A stretch of DNA of 64,000 nt from Candidatus Multivorans sp. (GTDB taxonomy: Bacteria > Acidobacteriota > Thermoanaerobaculia > Multivoradales > Multivoraceae), in assembly GCA_965224025.1 (NCBI GenBank), contig OZ245033.1, positions 2,848,001 to 2,912,000 on the forward strand. The letters run 5' to 3'. The translations under genes and the position numbers were made by a program. This document shows, one piece after another, positions 41,940 to 52,542 of the stretch; the stretch's first letter is position 1; the number at the start of each line of letters is the position of its first letter. The notes under the pieces were generated by a model. The model saw only the letters and a list, made by a program, of their open reading frames with translations. It was not told where the DNA came from and did not search any database.

Positions 41940-42170
41940 GCGGACCCCGCTCAGGCCGACCAGCACCACGACCGGCATCGTGACCAGGGGTATGAAGATC
42001 ATGATCCGCGGCGAACGCCGGAGGATCTGGCCGCCGCGGGCGGCGTAGATGCGCTGGATCGCCTGGGGATAGACGGCGCCCGAGAAGCCGACCAGCAGGA
42101 TGGTGCTCAACCAGTAGCGGCTGTGCTCCGCGTCGGGCAGAGCCGTCATCTCGGGCCGGTTGGTGGCCAC
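41940..42170 (-). pseudogene. Sodium:solute symporter internal fragment
   Basis: WLSTILLVGFSGAVYPQAIQRIYAA. Confidence 0.6.
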
Positions 42171-42282
42171 CATTCCGTCAGAGCACCCAGACCGCCGGTG
42201 CTGTGAATCACCGCCGCCACCAGGCCACCCAGGCCGAGCAGCAGGAGCAGGCCCTGGATGCAATTCGCGAACCGACTGGGAC

Positions 42283-43542
42283 CTACGGTCCCAACGCGCC
42301 GATCGGAACGACCCCTAGGTCGTTCCTCCCGGTGTAGCCGTAGCCGTTGGGCACGATGACCGCGAGGGCCGAAGGCTCGCTCGGCGTGTCTCTCATGGCC
42401 CGTGGAGCCCGCTGGGCCAGTCGGAGCAGGTTCCTGGCGCCCTCGTCGACCCCGCGCTGGCCGAGCTTGATTTCGAACGCGGCCCAGCGGCCGTCGGCGG
42501 CCTCGACGACTGCGTCGACTTCCAGCCCGCCTTTCTCCCGGTAGTGGAAGACCTCCGCGTCGTTGGCCTGTGCATAGATCCTGAGGTCGCGGACGACGAG
42601 AGACTCGAACAGAAGGCCCAGGAAGCGCAGATCGTCCAACAGGCGGTTTGGCGTAGCCCGAAGCACGGCTACGGCCAGCGACGGATCGACGAAGTGGCGT
42701 TTGGGGGCTTCACGAAGAATGGCCCGCGAGCGCAGGTGAGGCGACCAGGCCGGTTGGTCCTCGATGACCATGAGCTGTTCCAGTGCGTCCAGGTAGCCTG
42801 CGGCGGTTTCGGGCTTCATCGTGATCTGGCGGGCGCCCACATCGGCGGCCAGCCTGGAAAGCGTCACTTCCGTCGCGGTGTTCCGGGCGAGCGAGCGCAG
42901 AAGCCGGCCGACCCGGATCGGGTCTGCCCGGCGTTCGGCGACTCTGGAGACGTCCGTACGGCGTATCTCGTTCAGGTAGCCCAGGTTCAATCGCATGGCT
43001 TCGCGCGTCAACCGGCCGTGGTTGGCCGGCCAACCTCCGATGGCCACGAGTTCGGCAAGTTCCGGAATACTGAGTGAGGACGCATCGGCTCCCTGGGGCG
43101 AACGGTTCAGCAGCTCAGCGAGAGAGATCTCGCCGCTGGAATGGCCGGATTCGAAGAGCGACAGAGGCCGCATTCGGATACGAGTGAAACGCCCGGCGCC
43201 TGAATGCCGCGTCACATCGTCGGCAGGCACGGCGGAGCCGGTGAGAATGAACTGGCCGGAGTCGGCCCGGTCGTCGACCGCGCGACGAACGTGGTTCCAG
43301 ATCGAGGGTTCGAGTTGCCATTCGTCGATCAGCCGCGGCGTTGCGCCGGCGAGCGCGGTGGCGGGATCCACGCTTGCGAGTTGCCGCGCGTTGCGGTCGG
43401 TATCGAGGAGAACCTCGCTTGCAGCCTTCTGTCTGGCGGTGGCGGTCTTGCCGCAGGCTTTGGGACCTTCCATGACGACGGCGCCGGTAGCGGCCAGACA
43501 CTCGTCGAGTTCCGTCTCGACAATTCGCGGAAGGTAGTTCAT
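42283..43542 (-). CDS. AAA_14/DUF4143 ATP-binding protein
   Basis: GPKACGKT, LIDEWQ, FILTGS, HFVDPS, LFESLV, EVDAVVE..FEIK. Confidence 0.92.
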   Translation of the reverse strand: MNYLPRIVETELDECLAATGAVVMEGPKACGKTATARQKAASEVLLDTDRNARQLASVDPATALAGATPRLIDEWQLEPSIWNHVRRAVDDRADSGQFILTGSAVPADDVTRHSGAGRFTRIRMRPLSLFESGHSSGEISLAELLNRSPQGADASSLSIPELAELVAIGGWPANHGRLTREAMRLNLGYLNEIRRTDVSRVAERRADPIRVGRLLRSLARNTATEVTLSRLAADVGARQITMKPETAAGYLDALEQLMVIEDQPAWSPHLRSRAILREAPKRHFVDPSLAVAVLRATPNRLLDDLRFLGLLFESLVVRDLRIYAQANDAEVFHYREKGGLEVDAVVEAADGRWAAFEIKLGQRGVDEGARNLLRLAQRAPRAMRDTPSEPSALAVIVPNGYGYTGRNDLGVVPIGALGP

Positions 43543-43543
43543 C

Positions 43544-43703
43544 GAACAAGTCCAGCGGGTGATGTGGACAAAGTGCAGCGGGTGAAACGGACAAAGTCCA
43601 GAGGGGTAAACGGGCAGAGTTTAGCGGGTGATACGGACGAAGTCCAGCGGGCGATACGGACAAGCCACAGCGGGTGAAACGGACGAGTTCCGGCGGATGA
43701 AAC
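43544..43703. repeat. Seven degenerate 23-bp tandem repeats abutting the DUF4143 start codon
   Basis: Consensus GGACAAAGTCCAGCGGGTGAWAC; units at 43544, 43566, 43589, 43612, 43635, 43658, 43681. Confidence 0.92.
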
Positions 43704-43742
43704 GGCCGGCGCCCCCTGTCGACGGGCGTAGGCTGCGACGTG

Positions 43743-45311
43743 CTACGTCTGCGGTCGCAGGTCGTAGGCCACGGCTTCGCGGTCGTTCCTCACCAGCAGG
43801 ACGCCGTCGGCGATTGCCGGGTTGTTCCAGGTCCGGCCCGGCACGGCCGGCAGGGCGGCGACCTCCTGGTGGCCTTCGGGGGTGGCGCGCACCAGGACGA
43901 GGTGGCCGCGTTCGGTGGTGATCACCAAGTGGCCGGAGGCAAGCAAGACCTGACCGTGGCCGTAGCGGCCGCCCTTCCAGACGCGGTCGCCGGTGGCCGG
44001 GTCGATGCAGGCGAGGATGCCTTCGTCGAGACCGTAGATGTAGCCCTCGTGGAGCACGGAACTCGAGAACTTGTTCTTCATCGCGTTGCTGAACCAGATC
44101 TCGTTCACTGTGGCGGTGTTGGCGTCGACATCCGCTTCGACCTCGAGCATCGCGGCGCCGTGGCCGTAGCCCGACGACACGAACACGCGATTCGGCGCGA
44201 CCTGCAGCGGCTGCGCGGCGTTGATCCCGTTCATCGTCGCCCAGGGCCGCGTCCAGTAGGTACGGCTGCCGTCGGTGGCCAGCGAGATGACCTGGTCGCC
44301 ACCGATCAGGACGATCTGCGGCAGACCGTCCAGGGTGAAAACCGCCGGCGCGGTGTAGGCGCCCTGGGCGTCGAGCGCCCGCCAGCGGATGGCGCCGGTG
44401 GCGAGCTCGTAGGCGATCACCGCGCCATTCGGGCCGCCGGGTGCGGTGAGCACGGCGTCGCCCATGATCGAGGGCGACGCCGCCATGCCCCAGACCAGGT
44501 TGGTGGAGCCCGCGTCGTCGAGGATGTTCGTGCGCCAGATCCCTTCGCCCGTGGCCGCGTCGATCGCCCGGAATTCGCCTGTGGCGCCGAGCGCGAACAG
44601 CGTGCCGCCGTGAAGAGCTGGTGTAGCTCGAGGACCGTCGCCGCCCATGGTCTCCTCGAAGCGGGCGTCCCAGCTCACCGACCAGCGTTCGACGCCGGCC
44701 AGGACATCGTAGGCCGCGACGACCTCCTGTTCGCGGCGCTGCTCGATCGTGTAGGCGAGTCCGTGGCCGACAACGAAGGAGGCGTAGCCGCCGCCGACGG
44801 GAATTCGCCACAGTTCGGGTGGGCCGGCCTTGGGCCAGACGGTGTTGATCGGCTCGGGATAGCGGCCGTCCATGTGGAGGCCCCGGTAGTAAGGCCAGGC
44901 GCCGGCGGGAAGAGCTTCTTCGACCGTCGGATCCGGTTCGGGTGCGTCTTCAAGCAGGTCTGTTTCGGCGACGGCGGCTGGGGCGGCGGCCTCGTTCGCT
45001 TGCGCGGCGTCGTCGCTGCGGTCGGCCTCGGACCTCGGAGCGTTGTCGCCGTCGGGGGCCTCGGGCGGTTCCGGTTGCTCCGGATCGGCGACCGGGGCGA
45101 CTTCCGCGCTCCGGTCCCGATGGGCCTCCAGGGCGCGGTAGTGCCGGTCCTCGTGGTGGAAGTCCAGTTGCGGCATGAAGTTGCCCGTCATCTGGAGGTG
45201 CATTCCGGTGGTCAGGTTCAGCACCAGCGCCAGACCGGCCAGACCGACGACGGTGATGCCGGTCCACTTCAGAAAGGCGAGAAATCGTCTGGGTTTGCGG
45301 GTTTTGGTCAT
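43743..45311 (-). CDS. Membrane-anchored PQQ-like beta-propeller protein
   Basis: N-terminal TM, WPYYRG, GPRATP, TWNNPAIADG. Confidence 0.87.
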   Translation of the reverse strand: MTKTRKPRRFLAFLKWTGITVVGLAGLALVLNLTTGMHLQMTGNFMPQLDFHHEDRHYRALEAHRDRSAEVAPVADPEQPEPPEAPDGDNAPRSEADRSDDAAQANEAAAPAAVAETDLLEDAPEPDPTVEEALPAGAWPYYRGLHMDGRYPEPINTVWPKAGPPELWRIPVGGGYASFVVGHGLAYTIEQRREQEVVAAYDVLAGVERWSVSWDARFEETMGGDGPRATPALHGGTLFALGATGEFRAIDAATGEGIWRTNILDDAGSTNLVWGMAASPSIMGDAVLTAPGGPNGAVIAYELATGAIRWRALDAQGAYTAPAVFTLDGLPQIVLIGGDQVISLATDGSRTYWTRPWATMNGINAAQPLQVAPNRVFVSSGYGHGAAMLEVEADVDANTATVNEIWFSNAMKNKFSSSVLHEGYIYGLDEGILACIDPATGDRVWKGGRYGHGQVLLASGHLVITTERGHLVLVRATPEGHQEVAALPAVPGRTWNNPAIADGVLLVRNDREAVAYDLRPQT

Positions 45312-45349
45312 TGCTGGCCCATCCTACTGGCTGGTTTCTGTTCTTGAGC

Positions 45350-45415
45350 CGGATGCGGGCGAGACGCCCGCGTTTCCAGGGGACGGAGCCCGGATGCGGG
45401 CGAGACGCCCGGGTG
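45350..45415. repeat. Two REP-like palindromes
   Basis: GGATGCGGGCGAGACGCCCG occurs twice between divergent genes. Confidence 0.75.
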
Positions 45416-45485
45416 TCATCCGTGCACCTGCTGACAGGCGCACGGAGTGGTTCGCGGGTGCTCGTTGGTACTCTCCCGATCCGCT

Positions 45486-46643
45486 GTGAAGGCACCCAGT
45501 ACCCACCTCCGCTTCTCGCCCGCCGTTCTACCCGAGACTGCCGCGGACCTTCGTTTGGGGGTCCGCGATCTACTGGAAGAGACGCGCGCCGCCGGCGTCT
45601 GGTTAGCGGACGGACTCTCGTGGTGGGGCCGCAACCCGGAGCTCAGCCGGGCACTCGGTGAGGCGCGGTTCATCGGCATGACCTGGCCGCGGCGGTACGG
45701 CGGCTCCGAGCGGAGCTGCCTCGAGCGCTACGTGGTCACCGAGGAACTGCTGGCGGCGGGTGCGCCGACCGCGTTCCACTGGTTCGCCGACCGGCAGATC
45801 GGTCCGAGCATCCTGCGTTTCGGCACCGATCAGCAGAAGCAACGCTTCCTGCCACACATCGCCCGCGGCGAGCTTTCCTTCGCGGTCGGCATGAGCGAGC
45901 CGGACTCGGGTTCGGACTTGGCTTCGATCCGTACTCGCGCCGAACGGGCCGACGGCGGCTGGCGGGTCAACGGATCGAAGATCTGGACCTCCTATGCGCA
46001 CCAGGCGGAGTACTGCGTCGCCCTGATCCGTACCGCGCCGAAGTCGGACAAGCGGCATGCCGGGATGAGCCAGGTCATCATCGACCTCAGGCACTCGAAC
46101 GGGATCACGGTCCGTCCGATCATCGATCTGCCCGGCCGCCACGACTTCAACGAGGTCTTCTTCGAGGACACCTTCGTGCCCGACGACTGCCTGCTCGGCA
46201 ATCCCGGCGACGGCTGGGCGCAGGTGATGTCCGAGTTGGCCTACGAGCGCAGCGGTCCCGAGCGGTTCCTCACCAACTTCCATCTGCTGCGGGCGCTGGT
46301 CGAAGTGCTGGGCGAGAGTGCTTCGCCAGCGTCCCGGCGCGAGACGGGGCGGCTGGTCAGCCGGCTCTGGGCGCTGCGCGCCGCTTCGATCTCCGTGGCG
46401 GCAGCGCTCGAGGCCGGCGGTACGCCAAATGTCGAGTCGGCCCTGGTCAAGGACCTCGGCACGAACTTCCAGCAGGAACTGTCGGAGGCAGCGCGACGGA
46501 TCGCGGCGGACGAGGGGTTAGTCGATCGGACGCTCCTCGACGTCCTGCAGCAGGTGGTCATGGCGGCGCCCTCCTACACGATCCAGGGCGGCGCGACCGA
46601 GATTCTGCGAGGCATCGTCGCCCGCGGTTTGAGGTTGCGATGA
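45486..46643 (+). CDS. Acyl-CoA dehydrogenase
   Basis: GMSEPDSGSDLAS, NGSKIWTS, FNEVFF, TIQGGATEILR; start uncertain. Confidence 0.92.
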   Translation: MKAPSTHLRFSPAVLPETAADLRLGVRDLLEETRAAGVWLADGLSWWGRNPELSRALGEARFIGMTWPRRYGGSERSCLERYVVTEELLAAGAPTAFHWFADRQIGPSILRFGTDQQKQRFLPHIARGELSFAVGMSEPDSGSDLASIRTRAERADGGWRVNGSKIWTSYAHQAEYCVALIRTAPKSDKRHAGMSQVIIDLRHSNGITVRPIIDLPGRHDFNEVFFEDTFVPDDCLLGNPGDGWAQVMSELAYERSGPERFLTNFHLLRALVEVLGESASPASRRETGRLVSRLWALRAASISVAAALEAGGTPNVESALVKDLGTNFQQELSEAARRIAADEGLVDRTLLDVLQQVVMAAPSYTIQGGATEILRGIVARGLRLR

Positions 46644-47716
46644 GCGCACCCCGGTGGCGCGATCCGCGCCAGTCCGCGAACCAGTCCGAGCGCCCGTCTT
46701 CGGGCGCTCGGATGGCGTTGCGTCAGCTCCTGCTCGACACGGCACTACGGTTGTTCGAGGCGGCAACGGAAGACGAGGTGTTCGAAGGCGTCGAGTCCGG
46801 CCGCTTCCCGGTCGACCACTGGCGGGCGATCGAGGAGAACGGCCTGGCGGACATGCTGCTGCCCGAAGCGGCCGGCGGGGCCGGTGTCGACCTCGGTGAC
46901 GCGATGGCCGTGGCGCGGGCGGCGGGGGCATTCGCCCTACCGTTGCCGCTCGTTGAGACGATGATCGGGCGGCGGGTGCTGGCAGGCGCCGGACTCGAGG
47001 CGCCGTCAGGGCCGTTGGGACTCGTCAGCGGCGCCGGCGCGCGGGAGGTGCTCTGGCCGGACGAGATCGCGGCCGTGGTCGTCGCCGATGGCGCCGGCGG
47101 CGTGGGGTGGATCGCCGCCGGCGCGGTCGGCTTTGAGCGCCGCACGAACAGCGCAGGCGAACCGGTGGGGCTCTTGGGCCCGCCGCCGCCGATTCCGGGA
47201 GGGCAGGCGGGCAGCCTGGGCCCAGGGCCGGCTCCCTCGGTCCTGATGGCAGCCGCGCGCAGCGCGATGATCGCCGGCGCGATGGAGCGCATCCTCGATC
47301 TGACGATCGAGCACGTGCAGGGCCGGGTCCAGTTCGGGCGGCCGCTGGCCCGCTTTCAGGCCGTGCAGCAACTGGTTGCCGTCATGGCGAGTCAAGCGGC
47401 TGTGGTCGGTGTCGCGTCGGATACCGCGATCGCGGCCATCGAGGAGGAGTTGGAGGGCGGCAGGGGCGACGCCACCTTCATGGTCGCGTGCGCGAAGGCC
47501 CGCGCCAGCGAGGCCTGCTACGAGGTCACCCGCATCGCCCACCAGCTCCACGGCGCGATCGGCTACACGCGTGAGCACGATCTGCACCGGTTCACCCGCC
47601 GGCTCTGGGCCTGGCGGGACGCCGACGGAGACGAGGGCTATTGGCAGCAGAAGGTCGGCTCGATGGCGGTTGACGCCGGCGGCGACAGCCTCTGGCCGCT
47701 ACTCGTTGGCGCGTAG
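46640..47716 (+). CDS. Acyl-CoA dehydrogenase, short partner subunit
   Basis: RVQFGRPLARFQAVQ, HQLHGAIGYTRE; ATGA overlap with the preceding gene. Confidence 0.88.
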   Translation: MSAPRWRDPRQSANQSERPSSGARMALRQLLLDTALRLFEAATEDEVFEGVESGRFPVDHWRAIEENGLADMLLPEAAGGAGVDLGDAMAVARAAGAFALPLPLVETMIGRRVLAGAGLEAPSGPLGLVSGAGAREVLWPDEIAAVVVADGAGGVGWIAAGAVGFERRTNSAGEPVGLLGPPPPIPGGQAGSLGPGPAPSVLMAAARSAMIAGAMERILDLTIEHVQGRVQFGRPLARFQAVQQLVAVMASQAAVVGVASDTAIAAIEEELEGGRGDATFMVACAKARASEACYEVTRIAHQLHGAIGYTREHDLHRFTRRLWAWRDADGDEGYWQQKVGSMAVDAGGDSLWPLLVGA

Positions 47717-47849
47717 CGCCGCCAAACACGTCGCAGACTCCGTGTTTCGCCCCAGCCCCCACCTCACCAGGAGGCTGCGCCGCACCACTCACTCCGGTCG
47801 TTCTGCGGCGCAGCCTCCTGGTCGTCGCCCGCAACGACAGACTTTGGCG

Positions 47850-48301
47850 CACACCGAGCCTTGGGAGTTCGCGCCCGGCACCCTGCTCTGCTACCTCGCG
47901 GCGCCCGACAACGTGAGCATCGAATTGGTTGAAGCGAAGTCGAAGTAGGGTGAGATTGATGGATCAGTCGCGCGGGAACGGGCCGCTTCGAGGTGCCGGA
48001 AGGCGAACGGTTCGGCGGCCTGGGGCGCACGATCTCTCTTGAGATGTGCGGCCAGTTCTTCCACGGCAACGCGAGCTACCACACCGACAAGGAAGCGTCC
48101 CGCGAACTCGGCTTCCAGGACGTGGTGGTGGGCGGCCGGATGACGATGGGCTACGTCGGCCACATTCTGGAAGAGCGCTTCGGCAAGGCGTGGTGGCGGA
48201 GCGGTTCCTTCGATCTCAAGTTCACGAACCCGGTCTGGCCTGGGGACACGATCACCGTCAACGGCGTGGTGACCGGTTCTGCTGTGCGGCGACGGACGTA
48301 G
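47850..48301 (+). pseudogene. VOC/glyoxalase C-terminal fragment followed by a broken MaoC-like dehydratase
   Basis: YLAAPDNVSIELVE; YHTDKEASRELGF..KFTNPVWPGDTI. Confidence 0.6.
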
Positions 48302-48304
48302 CGC

Positions 48305-49760
48305 TCAGATCGAGAGCGGCGGCGATCTCCGGCTTATCACTGCGCTTGGCGGCGTACCGTAAGCCGTGTTGCCGTGGGTGTCGATCGCACTCGGGTCGGC
48401 ACCGGCCCGGATCAGCGTGTCTAGAACGCGGACGTCCCCGGCCTTCGCGGCCGCATAGTGCGGGGGCGTTCCGCCCCGCTTGTCCGGAGCCTGAACCTCG
48501 AGCCCGACGCGGATCAGGGCGGTGATCACGTCGACATCGTGACCGAGTTGCACGCTCGAGTCGTACTCGGAGCCGACGCGATTGCGCGCTGCGTAGTGCA
48601 GTGGTGTTGCGCCGCTGCCGTCCGTCGCGTGCACGTCGGCGCCGGCTGCGATCAACGCTTCCATTGGACCGGGGTCGAAGCTTCGCTCCGAGGCGTAGTG
48701 GAGTGGAGTGGTGTCGCGCCGCTTGTGTCCGTGGCGTTGACGTCCGCCTCGAGAGTGAGCAGGGCACTGAGACGGTCGAACGTGGAGAAGTGATTGGAGT
48801 ACCCGGGCCCACATCCGATTCCTCCGCTGGTGTGCCGCGCCGCGATGTGTAGCGGCGTCCGGCCGTCTTTGTCCCTTGCCTCAAGGTCCGCGCTGGCCTC
48901 GGCCAGAGTCAGGAGCATGTCGACCCCCGAATGTTGAGCGGCCTGGTGCGTGGGCGTGCGGCCCTGGTCGTTCCTGGCGTCGACATCGGCCCCCGAGTGG
49001 AGGAGTGCCTCCATGATCTCGAGGCTGCCTCCGGCATGCCTTGAACCGGTCGCCAGGTGTAGCGGCGTGTTGCCCGCGCGGTCCCTGGCGTTCACCGGGA
49101 ACCCGAGACGAATCAGGGCCTCTACGGTTTCCGTCCCCTCCCTGGAGTGAGCCGGTTCGGCAGCAAGCAGCAAGATGCAAGAGGGTGCGTCCCTTGCGAT
49201 CTCTGGCGTTGGAGTCGGCGCCGGCGAAGATCAAGGCTTCCGCGGCGGCCAGGCTATTGCGTCGGACCGCATACTGGAGTGGAGAACGCCCGCCATTGTC
49301 GGTGGCGTAGTGGAGGAGTGTTCGGCCGTCCCCGTTCTTCACGTCGACATGCGCGCCAGCATCCAGCAGCAGGGCTAGAACCTCCTGATGGCGACTGAAC
49401 TCGGCGGCTTTCAGGACAGGAGTGCGCCCCCGATCGTCGCGGGCGTCGACGACCGCGCCAGCCAGGAGCAGGGCCGCGACGATCCGCGGATCCTCACTCC
49501 ATGCCGCGGCTTCATGCAGGGGCGTGTATCCGTACTGGCCGCGGTTGTTGACAGGGCTTCCGGCGTCGAGCAGAAGCCGCACCGTTTCCAGCCCGGCTCT
49601 TGGGCGGTGTAGAGGAGTGTCGCCATCGCCATCTCTCGCGCTGGCATCGGCGCCATGGGTGAGCAGGAGCCGGACCATCGGCGCCAGATCGCCGACGTCG
49701 CCTCCCCAGCGCTCCGCTCTCACCACTTCATGGAGGGGTGTCGTGCCCAAGTCGCAGCAG
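48305..49760 (-). pseudogene. Ankyrin-repeat protein, multiply frameshifted, N-terminus lost
   Basis: About a dozen 'G.TPLH.AA...L..GAD.NARD' units in three frames. Confidence 0.88.
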
Positions 49761-51618
49761 GCAATAGACGTAGGCGGCAAAGAGCTCCGGCGTCACCGCA
49801 CGGCCGTAGGCGGCGCCTAGCCGTTTGAGCAACCCGGGCAGCAGGTCCGGTTCGGAGGCGTCGGCGGTGCGGTAGAGGGGGATCGCGTTCTTGGCGCCGT
49901 AGGAGCCGCGGAAGTGGTGCAAGTCCGGTATTGGCGCCGAGGCCGTGACGGCAGGGCCCCCTCCCAAGGGTTGGCTGAGCATGGTGGTCAGGTAGAGCTG
50001 CTGCGGTCCGTCCGACCGCCAGAGAGCGGGGCGGGGCCGGGACATCAGCCGGGCGTCGGCGAGAATCCACTGACGATCAAAGGAGCGGTAGCCGTAGCGG
50101 CGGGAAGGCGGCGGTGCCGCGCCGACCGAAACCTCCGCGATCGGCGTCGAGTCGGCGGAGGTGCTCCACGTCGTGCCGTACCGGCGGTCGATCTTCCGGT
50201 CGCCGGTTTCGCGGAAGGCGCGGCCCCGGTCAGGGGCCGAGCTGCGGCGGTTTGGCTCGTGGACTCTCAAGGGTGTCCGTGAGGTAGATTCTCGTACCCT
50301 GCGGCAGGAGTTCGCCGCCTGCGCCGGCGAGGGCCTGACTGACTCTCAGCTCGGCAACCGCGTAGGCGCCGACGATCCGCTCGAAGCCGTGAAGGTTGCG
50401 GGCCAACTCCGTGGCGTGACCCCGCGTTGCGCCCGGTCCCTCGAACTCGGCGAGGCGATCGAGCGTGTGTTCGATCACTCCCAGCAGATAGGTGCCGGTC
50501 CCCGCAGCGGGGTCGAGGGTCGACACGGTCGGATCCGCGAAGCCGTGCCGACGCCCGAGGCGACGGACCAGCAGGTCGTCGATCAGCCGCACTTGGGTGC
50601 GGACCACCTCGACCGGCGTGTAGTAGACGCCGGCATCCTTGCGAAGCTTCGGATCGTAGGCCGCGAGGAAGTCCTCGTAGAAGTAGAGCCAGGGATCCGT
50701 CGCCGTGCTCAAGGCGGAGGCCGGAAGCGCGCCGATCAGTCGCAGAAGGGTGCATAGCGAAGTGTCGAGCGTGTCGGCGATGTTCCCGTCGGTCAGGAGT
50801 TCGAGGGCGCGCGACAGGAGGCTGTGCTGGGAGAGAAGGGCGCCCTGGGCGCTCTCCAAGGTGAGCGGATCGGCGCCCAGGCTGCGCCCGAGCAGCATCG
50901 CGAAAGCAACAGTCTGGGCGTACGCGTCGGCGAACGCCGCGTTGGAGGCCTGTGGAAACAACAACTCCCGCCAGTCCGTCCTCAACCGTTCGAGAGGAAG
51001 GGCGGGATCGCCGAGCGCGTCGATGACCTCGTCGCGCAGGAGGCGGCAAAGCGGGGCGAGTTCCTCCGCGAACCGGGCGAGATCGATGTCGCCGCCAGCG
51101 GTTGTCGGCACGATCGGCGCCCAGGCGAGGAAGTTCTGAAACAGGGGCGCGAGGGATCGGGCGTCTTCCCGAGCAACCGCGTTTCCCCCGCTCTCGACCA
51201 CATTCCCGGCGAACCGGACGACGCTGCCTCCAAGATCTCCGCGACGATAGAGGGCCCACTCAGTCCCGTCCGTGTAGAGAACATTGGGGAGCGACGAGAA
51301 TCGTTCGAACTGCTCGCGGTCGCGGCCCTTGAAGTGCTCCTTCCGCGCACCGCGTCCGGGTGCCTTGAGCTCGGCGTAGCCGGTCAGCAGGCCGTCCCGG
51401 TGGACGGCGAAGTCGGGACAGCCAAGTCCCGCCGGGAGCTGCGCCTCGCCGCTCGCTACGACCTTCAGCCCCTCGGCGGTACCGACCCGGCTTAGGAGCG
51501 TCTCGAACGGGCCACGGAGCTGATCTTCGGGCTGGCCCCGGCCTGGCGCAGCAGTCTTTGCCTGCACGGCGTTTGCGAATTCGCGGAGGGCCTCGTGGAT
51601 AGGGTCGGTGAAGGACAT
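49760..51618 (-). pseudogene. Type ISP/IIG restriction-modification enzyme with internal deletion
   Basis: PDFAV..YAELK nuclease motif, GVYYTP, LDPAAGTGTY, then jumps to YRSFDRQW; no NPPY motif seen. Confidence 0.85.
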
Positions 51619-51834
51619 TGGACCGCGGATCCGCCTGTCGGAGTTTAGTCTGCGGATACGGTCCGGCGGCGGTTACGATCGACGAGCGAGCGAATGACGG
51701 CAAACTGCGGATCATGGACGTGATCACCCAGGTCCCGCGCTGCGCCCTCAGCGCCTACGTGATGGGCGGTGCGGCGCGGAGGACATCCACGCGCCGGATG
51801 ACGAACTGGTCGAGATGGCCCACCAGGAGCGTGA

Positions 51835-52319
51835 AAGCGACAGCCTGCCCGCGAGCACGCTCGACCTGTGCGCGACGATGGCGCCGGCGGCCGGGCCGGA
51901 CGCCCGCACCGAGAACGGCGGGAACCTCCTGCCCTACCTGCGCGGCGAGATCGAGGAATCGCCCCAGGAGGTCCTCTTCTGGCGGTCCCTGCCCAACGCG
52001 GCAGTCCGTTCGGGCAAGTGGAAGCTGTGGCGGGTCGACCTGACCGACCAGGACTCGGTCTCGGTGCTCAGCCGCGGCGCCCATTTGCTGTCGGAGGAGG
52101 ACTACGCGCCCGTGTCGGCGCATGGCCAGATCACGGTGCTCCACGACTTGGAGGCGGACATCGGCGAGCGGGAGAACGTGGCCGGCCAGCACCGCGAGTC
52201 GTCGAGCGCCTCGAAGCGGCCCTCGCAGCCTGGGAAGCGGAACTGGCGGAGCCGATGTGGACCACCAACGCTCAACGCTGGCCGATCTGCACGGTCAGGC
52301 GATCCAGCTCTACTTCTGA
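51835..52319 (+). pseudogene. Sulfatase C-terminal fragment
   Basis: STLDLCATM, G.NLLPYL, LFWR, AVRSGKWKL, LHDLEADIGERENVA. Confidence 0.75.
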
Positions 52320-52542
52320 GGCGTTCAAACTGCTCGGCCGCTTGTGGCTCCTTGCATCGTCGTGTTGGCACCACCAGTTGCGGCGTTGGCGATCGCATCA
52401 GACGAAGCAGCCGACGAGTTCGGTGGAAACGCCGGCGCAGCACGGACTGGATCACTGTCGCGTCGATGATGTGCGTGCCGTGGCTACTCGGGCTTGCACT
52501 TCGGCCCACGTTTCAACACCCGTTGGGCCCGGGAGATACATT

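Noticed and set aside
43544-43703. CRISPR array
   Set aside because: Units are contiguous and degenerate with no unique spacers; no cas genes in the window.
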